A DNA stretch of 64,000 bases from an uncultured Armatimonadetes bacterium (GCA_963716175.1 OY970296.1:32001-96000); one strand, 5' to 3'. Counted from the stretch's first letter, positions 38,604 through 49,774 are shown. Notes: generated by a model not told the origin, from the sequence alone. Numbers and translations: made by a program.

Positions 38604-38793
38604 TGTCCAGAGAATCGTCTGCCTTCCAGGACCCTGACGTAGCGATACCGACGCCTCGAAGATCCCCACTATGCTGACTCCCGAAGACAACGCGGCGCCG
38701 CTGGGCGGCGCTCACCGCTCGCGGATCATACCCGAAGGAGGTAGCCCGAGCAACCCAGAAGTCTCTTGGTCGCGGTCCTACAGGACCTCGACA
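38604..38793 (-). mobile_element. 190-bp MITE-like internally deleted IS481-like element
   Basis: Reverse complement begins TGTCGAGGTCCTGTAGGACC (cf. 52308), keeps the first transposase codons, ends CAGACGATTCTCTGGACA (cf. 43140). Confidence 0.8.
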
Positions 38794-38798
38794 CCCGC

Positions 38799-38924
38799 AA
38801 GCGGCTCCGTCCGATGCCGAAGATTAGCGTGCCCAAGGATGTGAAACCGGCCTAGGCACCATTGGACCCCGCCCTGGCCATCGGCAAGCGCTTCGACACA
38901 CTGATCGAGCAGAAGACGAGCTAG
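38799..38924 (+). pseudogene. 3' fragment of a second GH4 paralog
   Basis: KRLRPMPKISVPKDVKPA*APLDPALAIGKRFDTLIEQKTS* parallels the C-terminus of 35439-36863. Confidence 0.85.
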
Positions 38925-39012
38925 GCGGGAGGACTCGTTCTCGGCAGGTCCGTCTCTGGGCCGCGCAGGATTTCCCACGCGCCAGACTACGTGGGGACAT
39001 CGGAGGTGTGGG

Positions 39013-41592
39013 ATGCAACCAGCGGTTGATGGACCGTCAACTCGCCTCTTTCGCCCCGTCCCAATACGCGGGAATCTGAGCTTCGAGGCGCTTCGCTCCT
39101 CCGGAGCTCTATCCGAGGAGATGCGGGCGGCCCTGGAGCATGCTCCGCGCGGCAATTGTGTCTGTCAGGGGATTCCCTTTCAGGTGCGCAGGCCCGTGCT
39201 CGTGAAGGACAGGCCCGTGGCGGTGAGGTCCGAGGCGGTCGAGGCCCAGTGGCTCGTGTTCATGCACACCTCCGATCTGCGGCCCTCGGAGACCGATGCC
39301 CACGGGTTCCCAAAGGGCACCGCTGGCCTGGGCCGCCTGGGTGAGCATGCCGCAGACTACGTCATTCTGTACGCTGACGGCACCGAAGAGAGGGTGTCCA
39401 TCCGCAGGCGACATGAGATAGGAGCCTTCTCCCGCGGCTGGGGCGAGAACTGCTTTCAAGCAGTGGCGCACAGAAAGCGCCGTCCCGTGCCGGCTCACCA
39501 CGAGCAGTATCAGGCCCTCGGATGGGGTGGCAGTCAGACCAGGGCGAGCGCTGGCGATGGCGGGCCCTGGGTCAACTGGCTGTGCGCGTGGCGCAACCCG
39601 CATCCGCGGCGGGCCGTCGTTGGCCTTCGTCTCGAACCCGTGAGTGGGGCGGTCCTGCTCTCCGCCATCTCGGCCGGCCAGGCCTCGTCACCTCCCCTGC
39701 GTTGGCTGACCCGGAGGAAGGCAGTGCTGCGCCTGCCGAGAGGGGAGGAGTCTGACCAGAACCTCGACGAGCAGGGTCGGCTCTCGCAGATCCAGCTCGA
39801 CCTGGGCCAGGTGATCTCGGCCTCCAGGCGGCCGCTGTATCCCAACCGCGCCTGGGACAGCACATCCAACAACAGCCTGCCGGAGGTCTCCAAGAGAGAG
39901 GTCCTGGTCGAGTACACCGCCCATCCGGACGCCTGCTTCCATCTGCGCGGCGGCCGGACCGTCCCCGTGAAGCGGCTCGCCGAGCGAGACCGACTGGGCC
40001 TTCTCGCCCCGGTCGCGCCAGCCAACCAACCTGTGCAGATCCGGGTGCTCGACAAGAATTCCGGCGAACCCGTGGCGGTGAAGCTCCACATCCATGGCGC
40101 CGCTGGTGAGTACCTCGCGCCGGTGGACCGCCACCGCATCCCAAACCCGGCCTGGTTCGAGGATTACAGTTGCGACTTCGCTCATGCCGGTCTCCACTAT
40201 TGCACCTACATCCCCGGCGAGGCCCGCGCTAACTTGCCGCTCGGCAGCATCTATCTCGAGGTGTCAAAGGGCTTCGAGATCAGGCCCGTGCGCAAGAGGC
40301 TTCGCGTCACCCGCGCCACAGAAGAGATCGTCGTGGAGATCGAGAAGGTCTTGCCGTGGCGGGAACGTGGGTGGGTCAGCGCCGACACCCATGTCCACTT
40401 CCTCTCCCCCACCACCGCGCTGCTGGAGGGGGCCGGCGAAGGAGTGAACATCATCAACCTGCTGGCCTCGCAGTGGGGGGAGCTGATGACCAACGTCGGC
40501 GACTTCGACGGCAAGACGACGTGGGGCTCCAGGGAGGCGGGCGGAGATGGCGAGTATCTCGTCCGCGTCGGTACGGAGAACCGCCAGCACGTGCTCGGGC
40601 ACATCTCGCTGCTGGGCTACGAAGGGGGCCTCATCGGGCCCATGACCACCGGCGGCCCGGATGAGTCGGCGCTGGGCGATCCCGTCGGCTGCTTAATGAC
40701 CGAATGGGCGCGGCGGTGCAAGCAGCAGAATGGGCTGGTGGTGATCCCGCACTTCCCCAACCCGCGCGCCGAGACCGCTGCCACCATCGTCACCGGTGAC
40801 GCGGATGCGGTGGAGATGACTTCCTGGGGAAACCTGTACGGCGGCATCAGCCCCTATTCCTTGGCCGACTGGTATCGCTATCTCAACTGTGGCTACCTGG
40901 TCGCGGCCGTCGGCGGCACGGACAAGATGACCGCGATCACCGCGGTCGGCACCATCCGCACCTATGCCCGACTCGACCCAGGCCAGCCCTTCACCTACCA
41001 GGCCTGGAAAGAGGCCGTCCGCCAGGCCCGCACCTTCGCCACCTATGGGCCGCTGCTCGAGTTCTCGGTCGAGGGACGCCCCCCGGGGTCGCGTATCTCC
41101 CTTAATCGAACCGGAGGCACGGTTGACGTAGAGTGGGAGGTGGCAACCGTCACCGTTCCCACCTCGCGGGTCGAGCTGGTCGTCAATGGCGAGATCCGGG
41201 AGAGCCAGCGGGTCGGAGCTGGCGGGGCGCGGGGGCACTGGTCGCTCAAGCTCGACCGGAGTTCCTGGCTTGCCTTGCTGGTCCGGGGCCATTACCAGGA
41301 CAAGCCGGAGATCATCGCTGCCCACTCGTCACCGGTGATGGTCGAGCTTGCCGGGTCTCGCTTCCTCGCAGCCGCCGACGCGGTGTCAATCCTCGAGCAG
41401 ATCGAGGGCGCGCTGGCCTACCTCGACACAGTAGGAACGCGCGCCGAGAACCGAGCTTACAGGAGGATGCGCTTGCTGTTGACATCAGCACACCGCAGCC
41501 TCCACAACAGGCTGCATCAGCTGGGGCGTTACCACAACCACACCTCAGTGCAAGACCACCCGGAACACCACGTCCGTGCGAGACGGCAATGA
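39013..41592 (+). CDS. CehA/McbA-like PHP metallohydrolase
   Basis: SADTHVH, GTENR...GHI, IPHFP, AVGGTD, TFATYGP, AHSSPV. Confidence 0.8.
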   Translation: MQPAVDGPSTRLFRPVPIRGNLSFEALRSSGALSEEMRAALEHAPRGNCVCQGIPFQVRRPVLVKDRPVAVRSEAVEAQWLVFMHTSDLRPSETDAHGFPKGTAGLGRLGEHAADYVILYADGTEERVSIRRRHEIGAFSRGWGENCFQAVAHRKRRPVPAHHEQYQALGWGGSQTRASAGDGGPWVNWLCAWRNPHPRRAVVGLRLEPVSGAVLLSAISAGQASSPPLRWLTRRKAVLRLPRGEESDQNLDEQGRLSQIQLDLGQVISASRRPLYPNRAWDSTSNNSLPEVSKREVLVEYTAHPDACFHLRGGRTVPVKRLAERDRLGLLAPVAPANQPVQIRVLDKNSGEPVAVKLHIHGAAGEYLAPVDRHRIPNPAWFEDYSCDFAHAGLHYCTYIPGEARANLPLGSIYLEVSKGFEIRPVRKRLRVTRATEEIVVEIEKVLPWRERGWVSADTHVHFLSPTTALLEGAGEGVNIINLLASQWGELMTNVGDFDGKTTWGSREAGGDGEYLVRVGTENRQHVLGHISLLGYEGGLIGPMTTGGPDESALGDPVGCLMTEWARRCKQQNGLVVIPHFPNPRAETAATIVTGDADAVEMTSWGNLYGGISPYSLADWYRYLNCGYLVAAVGGTDKMTAITAVGTIRTYARLDPGQPFTYQAWKEAVRQARTFATYGPLLEFSVEGRPPGSRISLNRTGGTVDVEWEVATVTVPTSRVELVVNGEIRESQRVGAGGARGHWSLKLDRSSWLALLVRGHYQDKPEIIAAHSSPVMVELAGSRFLAAADAVSILEQIEGALAYLDTVGTRAENRAYRRMRLLLTSAHRSLHNRLHQLGRYHNHTSVQDHPEHHVRARRQ

Positions 41593-41605
41593 GACAACCT
41601 GCGTG

Positions 41606-43140
41606 TGTTGGGCGCCCATAGGGCCGTCCTGGGCGCGTTCTGGGCTTGCTCCAGCTGACTCTCTTCCGTATCATCTGGGACCGGTAGGCGGCGCCTTCGG
41701 GCGCCGTTCTTTCTTTGGGGGTCAGGACGGTGGAGATCTACGAGGCCTCGGTGTCATTGATGGTCCGGGCCCTGGTGGTGAGCGCCCGGTGGGCGGCCCG
41801 GAGCCGCCGTCTCAGCCTGGAACGGGTCTGCGCCCGTGCGGAGGCGGGAGGCGTGGCGAAGCTGGAGGCACGCATCATGGTGTTGGAGGATGCAGTGGCG
41901 TTCCGGGATGCGCGCCTGGAGGTGTTGGAGAAGCGGCTGGGAGAGGAAAGGCCGCGACGGCCCTATCCGCTGGTGGAGCGGCTGCGCCTCCTCTGGCTCA
42001 TCGAGTATTACCAGATCCCGAAAAGGAGGGTCAAGGACACCTTCGGTGTGGCTCGCTCAAGTGTTCACCGCTGGCTCAGGGCCTTCCAAGAGGGCAAGGT
42101 GGGAGGTCGCCGGAGGGCTGCCGAGCCCGTCAACAAGACGCCCAGGGAGATCGCGGAGCTGATCTGGGATATCTTCCGGCAGAATCCCGCGTGGGGCCGG
42201 CATCGGATCGCGATGACGCTGTGGGCGTTGGGCGTGTTCATCGCCGCCTCCACCGTGCGCAACATCCTATGCAGGCCGATGCCAGCCGGTGCATCGCCCC
42301 AGTCGGCGAGTACATGCAAGGCAGAAGAGAAGCCGCGGCAGATCGTGGCTCGCTACCCGAACCACGTGTGGAGCGTAGATCGCACCCGGGTGTGGCGATG
42401 GCGTATCTGGCCCACCTGGGCGCTTGTGGCGATTGACCATTCCTCCCGCGCGGTGACGGCCGTGGCCCCGCTGGAAGGACCCAACGCGGGCTGGGCTATC
42501 GACGCCTTGGAGCAAGCCTTCCTGCGCCACGGGCCCCCCAAGCACCTGATCAGCGACCAGGAAGGCGTCTTCGTGGGTGAGCTGTTCGCGCAACTGCTGA
42601 GGGACTGGAATGTGAAGCAACGCGTCGGGGCGGTAGGCAAGCACAGCTCCATCGCGGTCACGGAACGCCTGATCTGGACGCTCAAACACGAATGGCCCGC
42701 GCGAGTCGTGCTCATCCGGGGCCTGGATCACCTGGGCGAACTGCTCGCAGACTTCCAGCTGTACTACAACCAGTGCCGGTGCCATCGGCGGCTCCATGGC
42801 GCAACCCCCTCGATGCTGTATGAGGGACGGAACTGGCAGAAGCCAGACCGATCCGCGAGGCGAGTGGTAAGCCCGATCCGGCTACGGCACTTCCGCGAGC
42901 AGCGGATCACCGTCTATGAGCTGGCTGCCTGAGAACCAATGATGTCCTCAGCGCTCCGAAGAAGCGGTTCCCGCTGCGGTATCAGGGGTCCCCGACGTAC
43001 GCAGGTGGACCCAGTTCACTCCCCGCTCAGCATCCCTTTCCATCCTCGGTAGCCTCCCGCAATAGGGGTATCAGCGAGTGCCGGGAATACCACGAGAGAG
43101 GTTGCACGAGCATCCTGGAAGCCAGATGAGTTTCTGGACA
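41606..43140 (+). mobile_element. IS481-like insertion sequence, copy A (apparently intact)
   Basis: TGT...ACA ends, flanked by GCGTG on both sides (41601-41605, 43141-43145), single DDE ORF. Confidence 0.88.
41715..42932 (+). CDS. DDE transposase (HTH + integrase core)
   Basis: FGVARSSVHRW HTH; WSVD, ISDQEGVF, VTERL; start may be GTG at 41730. Confidence 0.9.
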   Translation: MGVRTVEIYEASVSLMVRALVVSARWAARSRRLSLERVCARAEAGGVAKLEARIMVLEDAVAFRDARLEVLEKRLGEERPRRPYPLVERLRLLWLIEYYQIPKRRVKDTFGVARSSVHRWLRAFQEGKVGGRRRAAEPVNKTPREIAELIWDIFRQNPAWGRHRIAMTLWALGVFIAASTVRNILCRPMPAGASPQSASTCKAEEKPRQIVARYPNHVWSVDRTRVWRWRIWPTWALVAIDHSSRAVTAVAPLEGPNAGWAIDALEQAFLRHGPPKHLISDQEGVFVGELFAQLLRDWNVKQRVGAVGKHSSIAVTERLIWTLKHEWPARVVLIRGLDHLGELLADFQLYYNQCRCHRRLHGATPSMLYEGRNWQKPDRSARRVVSPIRLRHFREQRITVYELAA

Positions 43141-43148
43141 GCGTGCGA

Positions 43149-45170
43149 TCAAGCTGCGGGCTGGTGGATGCCCAGCACGCCGGATAGAAGGGCGAGGGCT
43201 GCTTCCGGCAGCAGCCCGCCCAGAATCAACCCGAGGAAGGCCGGTCGCACGGCGCGGTAGAGCCTCAGGCCGCCATAGCGACGGACAAGGAAAGTGATGG
43301 CCCAGCCGATGAGTATGCTGGTCCATGTGGTGTAGTTGGTTTCCCATGAGCTGGCGATGAGGAACCCCACCGGGCTGAGTGGCCACCAGACGAAGTTGCT
43401 GTGGAGCCACACCAGCAGCATGGTGAATGCGCCACCGATCACCAGCGCCAGCCGCAGCCAGTTGTCGGGCACCTCCGGTGTACGCAGGGTGGTGTCCAGT
43501 TCCCCGAAAGCCCAGTGAGGGTAGGAGTAGAAGGGCCACTGGCGGAGACCAGTGGCCCCGTGCTGGCAAATGGTGAATGCCATAGCGGGGACGCCGACAC
43601 CGAGTGCGACCACGACGGCCACCGCCGCTGCCAGGGGCCAGCCTCGGCCCCGAATTCGTCCGGTGTGTATCAGCTTGAAGCTGTTCATGATCTGGGGCAT
43701 GGCCAGGTTCATCGGATCATACATGTAGATCACCGAGAGGTAGCTGTACATGGTGAGCGAGGGCACACCCAAGGGGGCGGCGCCGATCGTTCGCAGGATA
43801 ACCTGGCGAGGGAAGAACCCGGTGTCGACGTAGATCACACCTCCGGCAGCGACCAAGCGAGAGGCCCCAATCAGGACAGCGTAGAAAACGCCGAGTAGGA
43901 TTGTGAAGGACCACCATGACATGCCAGCTCGCACGGCCCACCAGAACATGAAACCGTTAGTCAAGGCGAAGCCGACCACGGCCCATCGGCCGGCCATGGG
44001 CGCGTACGGGTCCGTCTCAGCCGCCCTGCGGCCGATCAGCCCGAAGAAGGCCGACTGGATGGCCTTCCGCGACTGGTAAAGCATGGCTGCGCTGAGGGCG
44101 ATGAACCCTCCCGCCTCCTGGAAGGAGATGAACGTGCGGGGGTCTATGGATACCGCCGCGGTGCCCCCGCCCTCTCCCACACCGAATGATGCCCAGGCCA
44201 GTCGCTGGATCTGGAAGAAGATGTAGAAGAACCACAGGCTCAGGGAGACCTCGCCGGGAAGCAGACAGCTGACTCCGATGATTGGAAACAAGATCGAGAG
44301 ACGCATGTCCGAGAGCGCGTTCCATGGGAGGCCCATGCCCGAGAAGTGCTGCCCGATGGGAAGTTCATACACCTGTGGGCTGGGGATGCTGGGGACGATG
44401 CGGTGCAGCCAGCCGAGGAGCACGAGCGCGGCCGGGAGGGCGAACCCCAGCCAGAAGATGCGGCTGCTGAGTAGGCCGGCCTGAAGGGTGGGATGGGGGG
44501 CATCCCCGGTGATCGAAAGTGGCACCTCCACCAGAGGGAACGCCAAGCGCTGCCGCTCGATCCAATCCCTGCTGAGAAGTGCCCCAAGGCAGAACATCCC
44601 TCCCAGCAAAGCGACGGTGAAGGTGACCCAGGCGACCATCGGGGTGAACCAGGCTGCCCAGGGCATGGCGGTGCTGCCCGGCAGCCCTTCCCAGAACCAA
44701 TCGTTTGCCTCCAGCTGGCCGAGCCGCAGCCAGGGCGGGATGTTGGGCCAGAACGAGTGCTGCCAGCCGTTCGTCGGGCTGGCCATGTAGAAAGGGTAGG
44801 TAGTGGCCGAGACGATGTAGGGGATGCCCCCCTGTTGGGCCAGGCCCACGGACACGATCATCATGCCGTAGACCACCAGCAGTTCCGCCCGGGTGAAAGC
44901 GCGGCCTGGCCAGAGGCGGATTACGGCCCAGTTGGACAGCACGAACAGGAAGAGTACGACCACCGTGCTTCTGAGCAGAGAGCCGGAACCCACCGACCAA
45001 GATCGGCTGATGAACGCCACATACGGGTTCATGAGCGCAAGCAGCCCGACACTGATGGCGCCGAGCAGCACTGCCCGCGTGGTGATAGGATTCCAGGGCT
45101 GCCCCTTTGTGTCCGCTGTGCCTGCGCGGTCCGAAGCCTGGGCGGCCGCTGTGCCATTCGCCGAGTCCAC
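43149..45170 (-). CDS. DUF6785/DUF6784-like polytopic membrane protein, copy 3
   Basis: AELLVVY, WIERQRLAFP, WWPLSPVGF, YGGLRLYRAVRPAFLG. Confidence 0.8.
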   Translation of the reverse strand: MDSANGTAAAQASDRAGTADTKGQPWNPITTRAVLLGAISVGLLALMNPYVAFISRSWSVGSGSLLRSTVVVLFLFVLSNWAVIRLWPGRAFTRAELLVVYGMMIVSVGLAQQGGIPYIVSATTYPFYMASPTNGWQHSFWPNIPPWLRLGQLEANDWFWEGLPGSTAMPWAAWFTPMVAWVTFTVALLGGMFCLGALLSRDWIERQRLAFPLVEVPLSITGDAPHPTLQAGLLSSRIFWLGFALPAALVLLGWLHRIVPSIPSPQVYELPIGQHFSGMGLPWNALSDMRLSILFPIIGVSCLLPGEVSLSLWFFYIFFQIQRLAWASFGVGEGGGTAAVSIDPRTFISFQEAGGFIALSAAMLYQSRKAIQSAFFGLIGRRAAETDPYAPMAGRWAVVGFALTNGFMFWWAVRAGMSWWSFTILLGVFYAVLIGASRLVAAGGVIYVDTGFFPRQVILRTIGAAPLGVPSLTMYSYLSVIYMYDPMNLAMPQIMNSFKLIHTGRIRGRGWPLAAAVAVVVALGVGVPAMAFTICQHGATGLRQWPFYSYPHWAFGELDTTLRTPEVPDNWLRLALVIGGAFTMLLVWLHSNFVWWPLSPVGFLIASSWETNYTTWTSILIGWAITFLVRRYGGLRLYRAVRPAFLGLILGGLLPEAALALLSGVLGIHQPAA

Positions 45171-45849
45171 ATTGCCTCCCGCGGGTTTCTGCAGTGCTGA
45201 GCATGCCGGACCAGGCAGGTTGCGCTCCTCACGAACCTGGTCTGAGTTGCTCGACCCTTGGTCGATGCCTCTGAGGCTGTCCCCCTGGAAGACACTATCA
45301 GGACTGTCCTGCGGGGCTGGGTTCGCCGCGGCTCTCTTGGCATCCTTGGGGCATGAATGGGATCGTCGATTGCGTGTGTGGCCTCCGAGGCTGCTTGGGT
45401 GTCCTCCTTCAGCTCCTCCGGTAGTTCTCCGATTCTGCTGAGCGCCGCCGCCGTCAGAAGCGGTGATGGCGGCCCGGCTGCTCGCGGTCCAGAGTCAGTT
45501 GTGCTCGTGACGCGGTGATGGGACCGCTCAGACCAGCGGTTCCCGGCCATCCGGGATGGGCCGACGGCGGCTACAGCCCAGACAGGCGAGACAGCAATCC
45601 CACATAGGCACAGATGCACTGGCAACGCGCGCATACTGCGCCGGCACCCGTCCGCTGCCGCCATGCTTTGCCCAATCTGGATGTGTAGGGCCGGTTACAT
45701 CGCCGCGTAGCAGCAATAACTGGAACCTCTCGATATGGGTGTAAGGCTCCTTCCTGCTGTCTAGGTCGCAGCAATGGAGTCCTGCGGCCTCTCCCTGGCC
45801 AGGCCCCTCTTGCACACTCCATGATATGCGACCGCCGCCCCAGATCGCG

Positions 45850-45878
45850 TTGACTACCCGCCCCTCCGGTGCTACCAT
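45850..45878 (+). promoter_or_regulatory. Sigma70-like promoter for pilin-like copy 2
   Basis: TTGACT-17-TACCAT with extended TG. Confidence 0.55.
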
Positions 45879-46025
45879 TGCGTCAGCGCCTATCGCGTGG
45901 CGCTCCGTCCCAGGTAGAGGTCGTCCCGCTCTATGGGGGGTAGGAAAGGAGGTGACAGGAAGCGGTCACTGGCAGCTAGCCATGCAGCCTTGTTTTCAGG
46001 TTTGGTTTCCCGAGGAGGCGAAGTG

Positions 46026-47087
46026 ATGACCAGAAGACGTGGCTTTACCCTGATTGAGCTTCTCGTCGTGATCGCGATCATCGCGATCCTCGCAGCAATG
46101 TTGTTTCCTGTCTTCGCGCGGGCCAGAGAGTCGGCGCGCAAGATCCAGTGCCTCTCCAATGTGAAGAACGTCGCTTTGGCCGTCCAGATGTACCTCACCG
46201 ACTATGACCGACTCCCGCCGCATGCCAGCGCCAGTGGCGATGAAGCCACCTTCTTCGCTACCATCCCCGGCGGGCGCCCGGACAGGGAGGAATGTGGTGG
46301 TTGGACCTCCTCCGGGCTGTGGGGCGCCAACCCCTACTTGCGCTGGCAGGTGATCTTGGACGAGTACATCAAGAACCGGGATGTCTGGCGCTGCCCCAGC
46401 GCGAAGTACGCGGCCCAGGCCACTCCAGCGTTCATCGTGCCCAACTACGGCGGTGTCTGGTGGAAGTACCTCCAGGACAATGTCGGCTCCTGGGGCTATC
46501 ACACCGACGCCGGCGGCCCCTGCACGAACAGCGGCGCCTTCCCGACCGGGTGGGGCGGCACTGTCACCGACTCCATCAAACAGCAGACGCAGGCCAGCCT
46601 CGACACTGGCGCCTTCGAGTCCACCATCAGCTACTCCAACCAGTGGCTGGACATGAAGACCGCGCAGGTGGATGACCCCTCCTGGTTCATGGTCGTCGGC
46701 GACTGCTGCATGAACCCCTACATCTGGACCGCAGGCAGCGCCTTCTATGAGTTCTGCGGCGGCGACACCACGAGCTGGAATGCCGCTGAGGGCGTAGGCT
46801 GTTACACGTGCGAGGTGGCCGACTGGGTGAACTGCTCGGACACCGTCGACTGCGGCGTCCCCTACGGCGGGATGAGCAAATGGCTCAGTGATGCCTCCTG
46901 GCGCAACAAGCACACCCGGCACATGGGCGGCAGCAACCTGGGCTTCATGGACGGACATGCCGCCTGGTTCCCGGCCGACCAGGCCATGTCGAAAGTGCCG
47001 TACTGCATGCCCTGCGACCCCAGCACCGGCAATGCCGTCATCCACAAGGAAGACAGGCCGCTGATGGGATTCTGCCCGGTGACGTAG
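46026..47087 (+). CDS. Prepilin-type N-terminal cleavage / H-X9-DG protein, copy 2 (intact)
   Basis: MTRRRG|[16 protein letters not shown]; [15 protein letters not shown]; GAGGAGG RBS. Confidence 0.92.
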   Translation: MTRRRGFTLIELLVVIAIIAILAAMLFPVFARARESARKIQCLSNVKNVALAVQMYLTDYDRLPPHASASGDEATFFATIPGGRPDREECGGWTSSGLWGANPYLRWQVILDEYIKNRDVWRCPSAKYAAQATPAFIVPNYGGVWWKYLQDNVGSWGYHTDAGGPCTNSGAFPTGWGGTVTDSIKQQTQASLDTGAFESTISYSNQWLDMKTAQVDDPSWFMVVGDCCMNPYIWTAGSAFYEFCGGDTTSWNAAEGVGCYTCEVADWVNCSDTVDCGVPYGGMSKWLSDASWRNKHTRHMGGSNLGFMDGHAAWFPADQAMSKVPYCMPCDPSTGNAVIHKEDRPLMGFCPVT

Positions 47088-47120
47088 TCGGCCGTCCGCG
47101 GCAGCATCATGGATGACCAG

Positions 47121-47157
47121 AGGCGGGGCCCGATGCGTCGGGCCCCGCCTTCATTTC
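47121..47157 (+). terminator. Rho-independent terminator-like hairpin
   Basis: AGGCGGGGCCCGA-TGCG-TCGGGCCCCGCCT followed by TCATTT. Confidence 0.7.
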
Positions 47158-47592
47158 GCCCTGCGTTGAGACGCGTGCGATTGTCAACAGGCGATGGGAC
47201 AGTGTGTGGGTGTCGAGCGCCCGTAAAGCCGGCCTGAGAGATCTCTGACACAGGGGGGGGTAACCAAACAGCTAGCCGCACGCGAGTGGCACCCGGGCGG
47301 TAGCCTCAGCTAGGCGTATGTGGAATCTCGGGCCCACGACTTCGCTGCCGGTCTGCTTTCCGCCTGAGTTGCCTGAGCCGCAGGGCCCCGCTGAGACGGT
47401 CCCATCGCCGCTCGACACTGACACCCAGTGCCATCAGCGGCAAGATCCTGGAGAACTGCGCGCAGGAGATGGGCGAGAGCGCCGGAACGCAGGAGGGATG
47501 ATCGAGGATGACCCCACGCGCGACAATGCGCGTCCTTGGAACCGTCGGGGTAAATGGGGTCTTGCAGAGAGCTTTCAGAAGGGAAGCTGACA

Positions 47593-49719
47593 ATGGAGAG
47601 ACCCGTAGAGAGGCAGTTCCAGATGCGCCAGATCTTCTGCGACTGGCACTTGCCCAATTTCCTGCCTCAGATCACCATCGATCTCGACGACTACTTCGAG
47701 AACATCGCCAGAACAGGCGCCGAGTGTCTGATCTTCCAGGCCAAGAACGCCCACGGCAACTGCCTCTACCCCACCACGGTTGGTGTTGCGAACCAGGGAA
47801 TGAGGGGCCAGGACATCTTCGGAGATGTCTGTCGCCGGGCGAAACGGATGGGCCTGCAGTTCGTAGCCTACTATAACGTGATCCTCAGTTACGAACTGGC
47901 GAGAACACACCCGGAGTGGCAGCAGGTGGATCAGTACGGAGTGCGCCTGCTGTTCGAGCACTACCCGTCCATGTGCATGAGCAATGATGAGTTCGCAGTG
48001 CACGCCTGCGACCAGATGGAGGAGATTGCACGGGGATACGACATTGATGGGTTCTTCCTGGACCTCCAGTACTTCGACCCACAAGGCTGTTACTGCGAGT
48101 CGTGTCGGCGGAAATTCGAAGCGCAGTATGCTTACCCCCTGTCGCCGACAAGCCTGGTCACGGCACGGGCACGGCTCGATTTCATCAACTTCAAGGTCGC
48201 AATGCGTGAGCGGTTCATGCGCGCCTTACAGGTGCGTTGCGACAGCGCCAAGCCCGGCCTGCTCTGGATGTGGAATTCCGCGGGCAATCCGGAGCTCGCC
48301 GCGCGCAGCTTGGACCGCCACGCCGATTGCATGGTGGGCGAGGCCCATCCGCCGGAGTACCTCCATGCCGACCTGAGAGCAGGGCTCATGCAGGCGACAG
48401 GTGCGCCCTTTGTGCTGATGATGCCCGAGAGCCAGGGAAGCTGGGGCGACTGGACTGTCACAACTGTACCAACCCTGAAGGGGCTCTCAGCACTGGCCAT
48501 CGCCCGAGGCGGGGCGCTCAACCTGAACCACGTCCCGTATCCCTGCGGCGACTACGCCGGCCGGGTGGCGCGACCTGTGTGGGACGCCATCGCTGAGACC
48601 CTCACCTGGGTCCGAGAGCGGGAGCCTTGGTGCGCGGGAAAGCAGCGGGTGGAGGTCTGCGGCTGTCCCGTGTCGGAGACGAGCATCAAGCTCTTCCAGG
48701 CGCTGAGCGGGCTTTCCGGCACCGCGTACTGGAATGATCACCTTGCGACCCTCGGGTCGCTTCATCAACTCCTTTCGGAGCTGCATATTCCCCTCGGGTT
48801 CTTCTACGAGGAGGACGCCCCGAGCAGGATGGGTGACTACGAGTTGGTGATGTTGCCGAACCTGCTGCACATCAGCGCTGCATTCGCTAGCGAACTGCGA
48901 GAGTTCGTGAGACAAGGCGGCAGATTACTGGCCACATACCAGACATCGTTGCTGGATGCGGAGGGCAATCGGCTGCCCAACTTCTCGCTGGCGGACATGT
49001 TCGGCGTGGATTTCGAGGCGGACAGTCCGTACAGCGTGTCTTACCTCGACCGACTCGATTCCTGTTTCCGCGGGACAGTCCCCGACATGCCACTCCTGCT
49101 GAAGGACTTCGACCGAGGCGACAACCCGTCCAACCACGCCCTCTACTGCACGCTGCGACCTGGAGCTCGCGCCCTCGGTTACCTCAGCGATCCCGTGATC
49201 GAAAGCAACTTCGAGTTGGGACACTTCATCTACCATCAGCATTCACCTCCCGACAGATACACCGATTACCCGGCCATCGTTGTCAACGGCTACGGGCGGG
49301 GCAGGGTGGCCTTCTTGCCTGTGCCCTTCTTCAGGGCCTTCCAATCGTCGAGTCCTGCACGCGGGCGAAGCCCGTTCCTGAAGGAAGTCCTCCGGGTCCT
49401 GGTCGAGGAACAACTCGACCTATCTCAGAGGATTCGCGTGAGAGCCCCGGCATCAATCAAGACCATGGTCATGCGGGACGAGGAAGGCTGGCTGCTGCAT
49501 CTGATCCATATCCAGAAGGGATCAGACAGCATGTACCTGGACGCATTCAAGCGGGTCGGGCCCATGGAGGTCTGGGCCAATCCGGGGTGGCCGGTCCTTT
49601 CAGTCACGGAATGCATGACTGGGAGGAGCTTCGCTCACGATCTCGACCGGGGGGGGATTCGCTTTGCAGTTCCGTCAGTGACCGACCATGCAATCCTGAG
49701 GATAGCTAAGCGCGCATGA
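47593..49719 (+). CDS. Glycoside hydrolase-like protein (GHL6/GH29-like barrel plus trimerisation-like domain)
   Basis: AKNAHGNCLYPT, HPEW, YDIDGFFLD, CYCESC, FVRQGGRLLATYQTSL. Confidence 0.75.
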   Translation: MERPVERQFQMRQIFCDWHLPNFLPQITIDLDDYFENIARTGAECLIFQAKNAHGNCLYPTTVGVANQGMRGQDIFGDVCRRAKRMGLQFVAYYNVILSYELARTHPEWQQVDQYGVRLLFEHYPSMCMSNDEFAVHACDQMEEIARGYDIDGFFLDLQYFDPQGCYCESCRRKFEAQYAYPLSPTSLVTARARLDFINFKVAMRERFMRALQVRCDSAKPGLLWMWNSAGNPELAARSLDRHADCMVGEAHPPEYLHADLRAGLMQATGAPFVLMMPESQGSWGDWTVTTVPTLKGLSALAIARGGALNLNHVPYPCGDYAGRVARPVWDAIAETLTWVREREPWCAGKQRVEVCGCPVSETSIKLFQALSGLSGTAYWNDHLATLGSLHQLLSELHIPLGFFYEEDAPSRMGDYELVMLPNLLHISAAFASELREFVRQGGRLLATYQTSLLDAEGNRLPNFSLADMFGVDFEADSPYSVSYLDRLDSCFRGTVPDMPLLLKDFDRGDNPSNHALYCTLRPGARALGYLSDPVIESNFELGHFIYHQHSPPDRYTDYPAIVVNGYGRGRVAFLPVPFFRAFQSSSPARGRSPFLKEVLRVLVEEQLDLSQRIRVRAPASIKTMVMRDEEGWLLHLIHIQKGSDSMYLDAFKRVGPMEVWANPGWPVLSVTECMTGRSFAHDLDRGGIRFAVPSVTDHAILRIAKRA

Positions 49720-49774
49720 GCAGGCCGGTCCGACCTGGCTGTTTGACAACAGCCGTGAAAGGGAGAAGTGAAAC

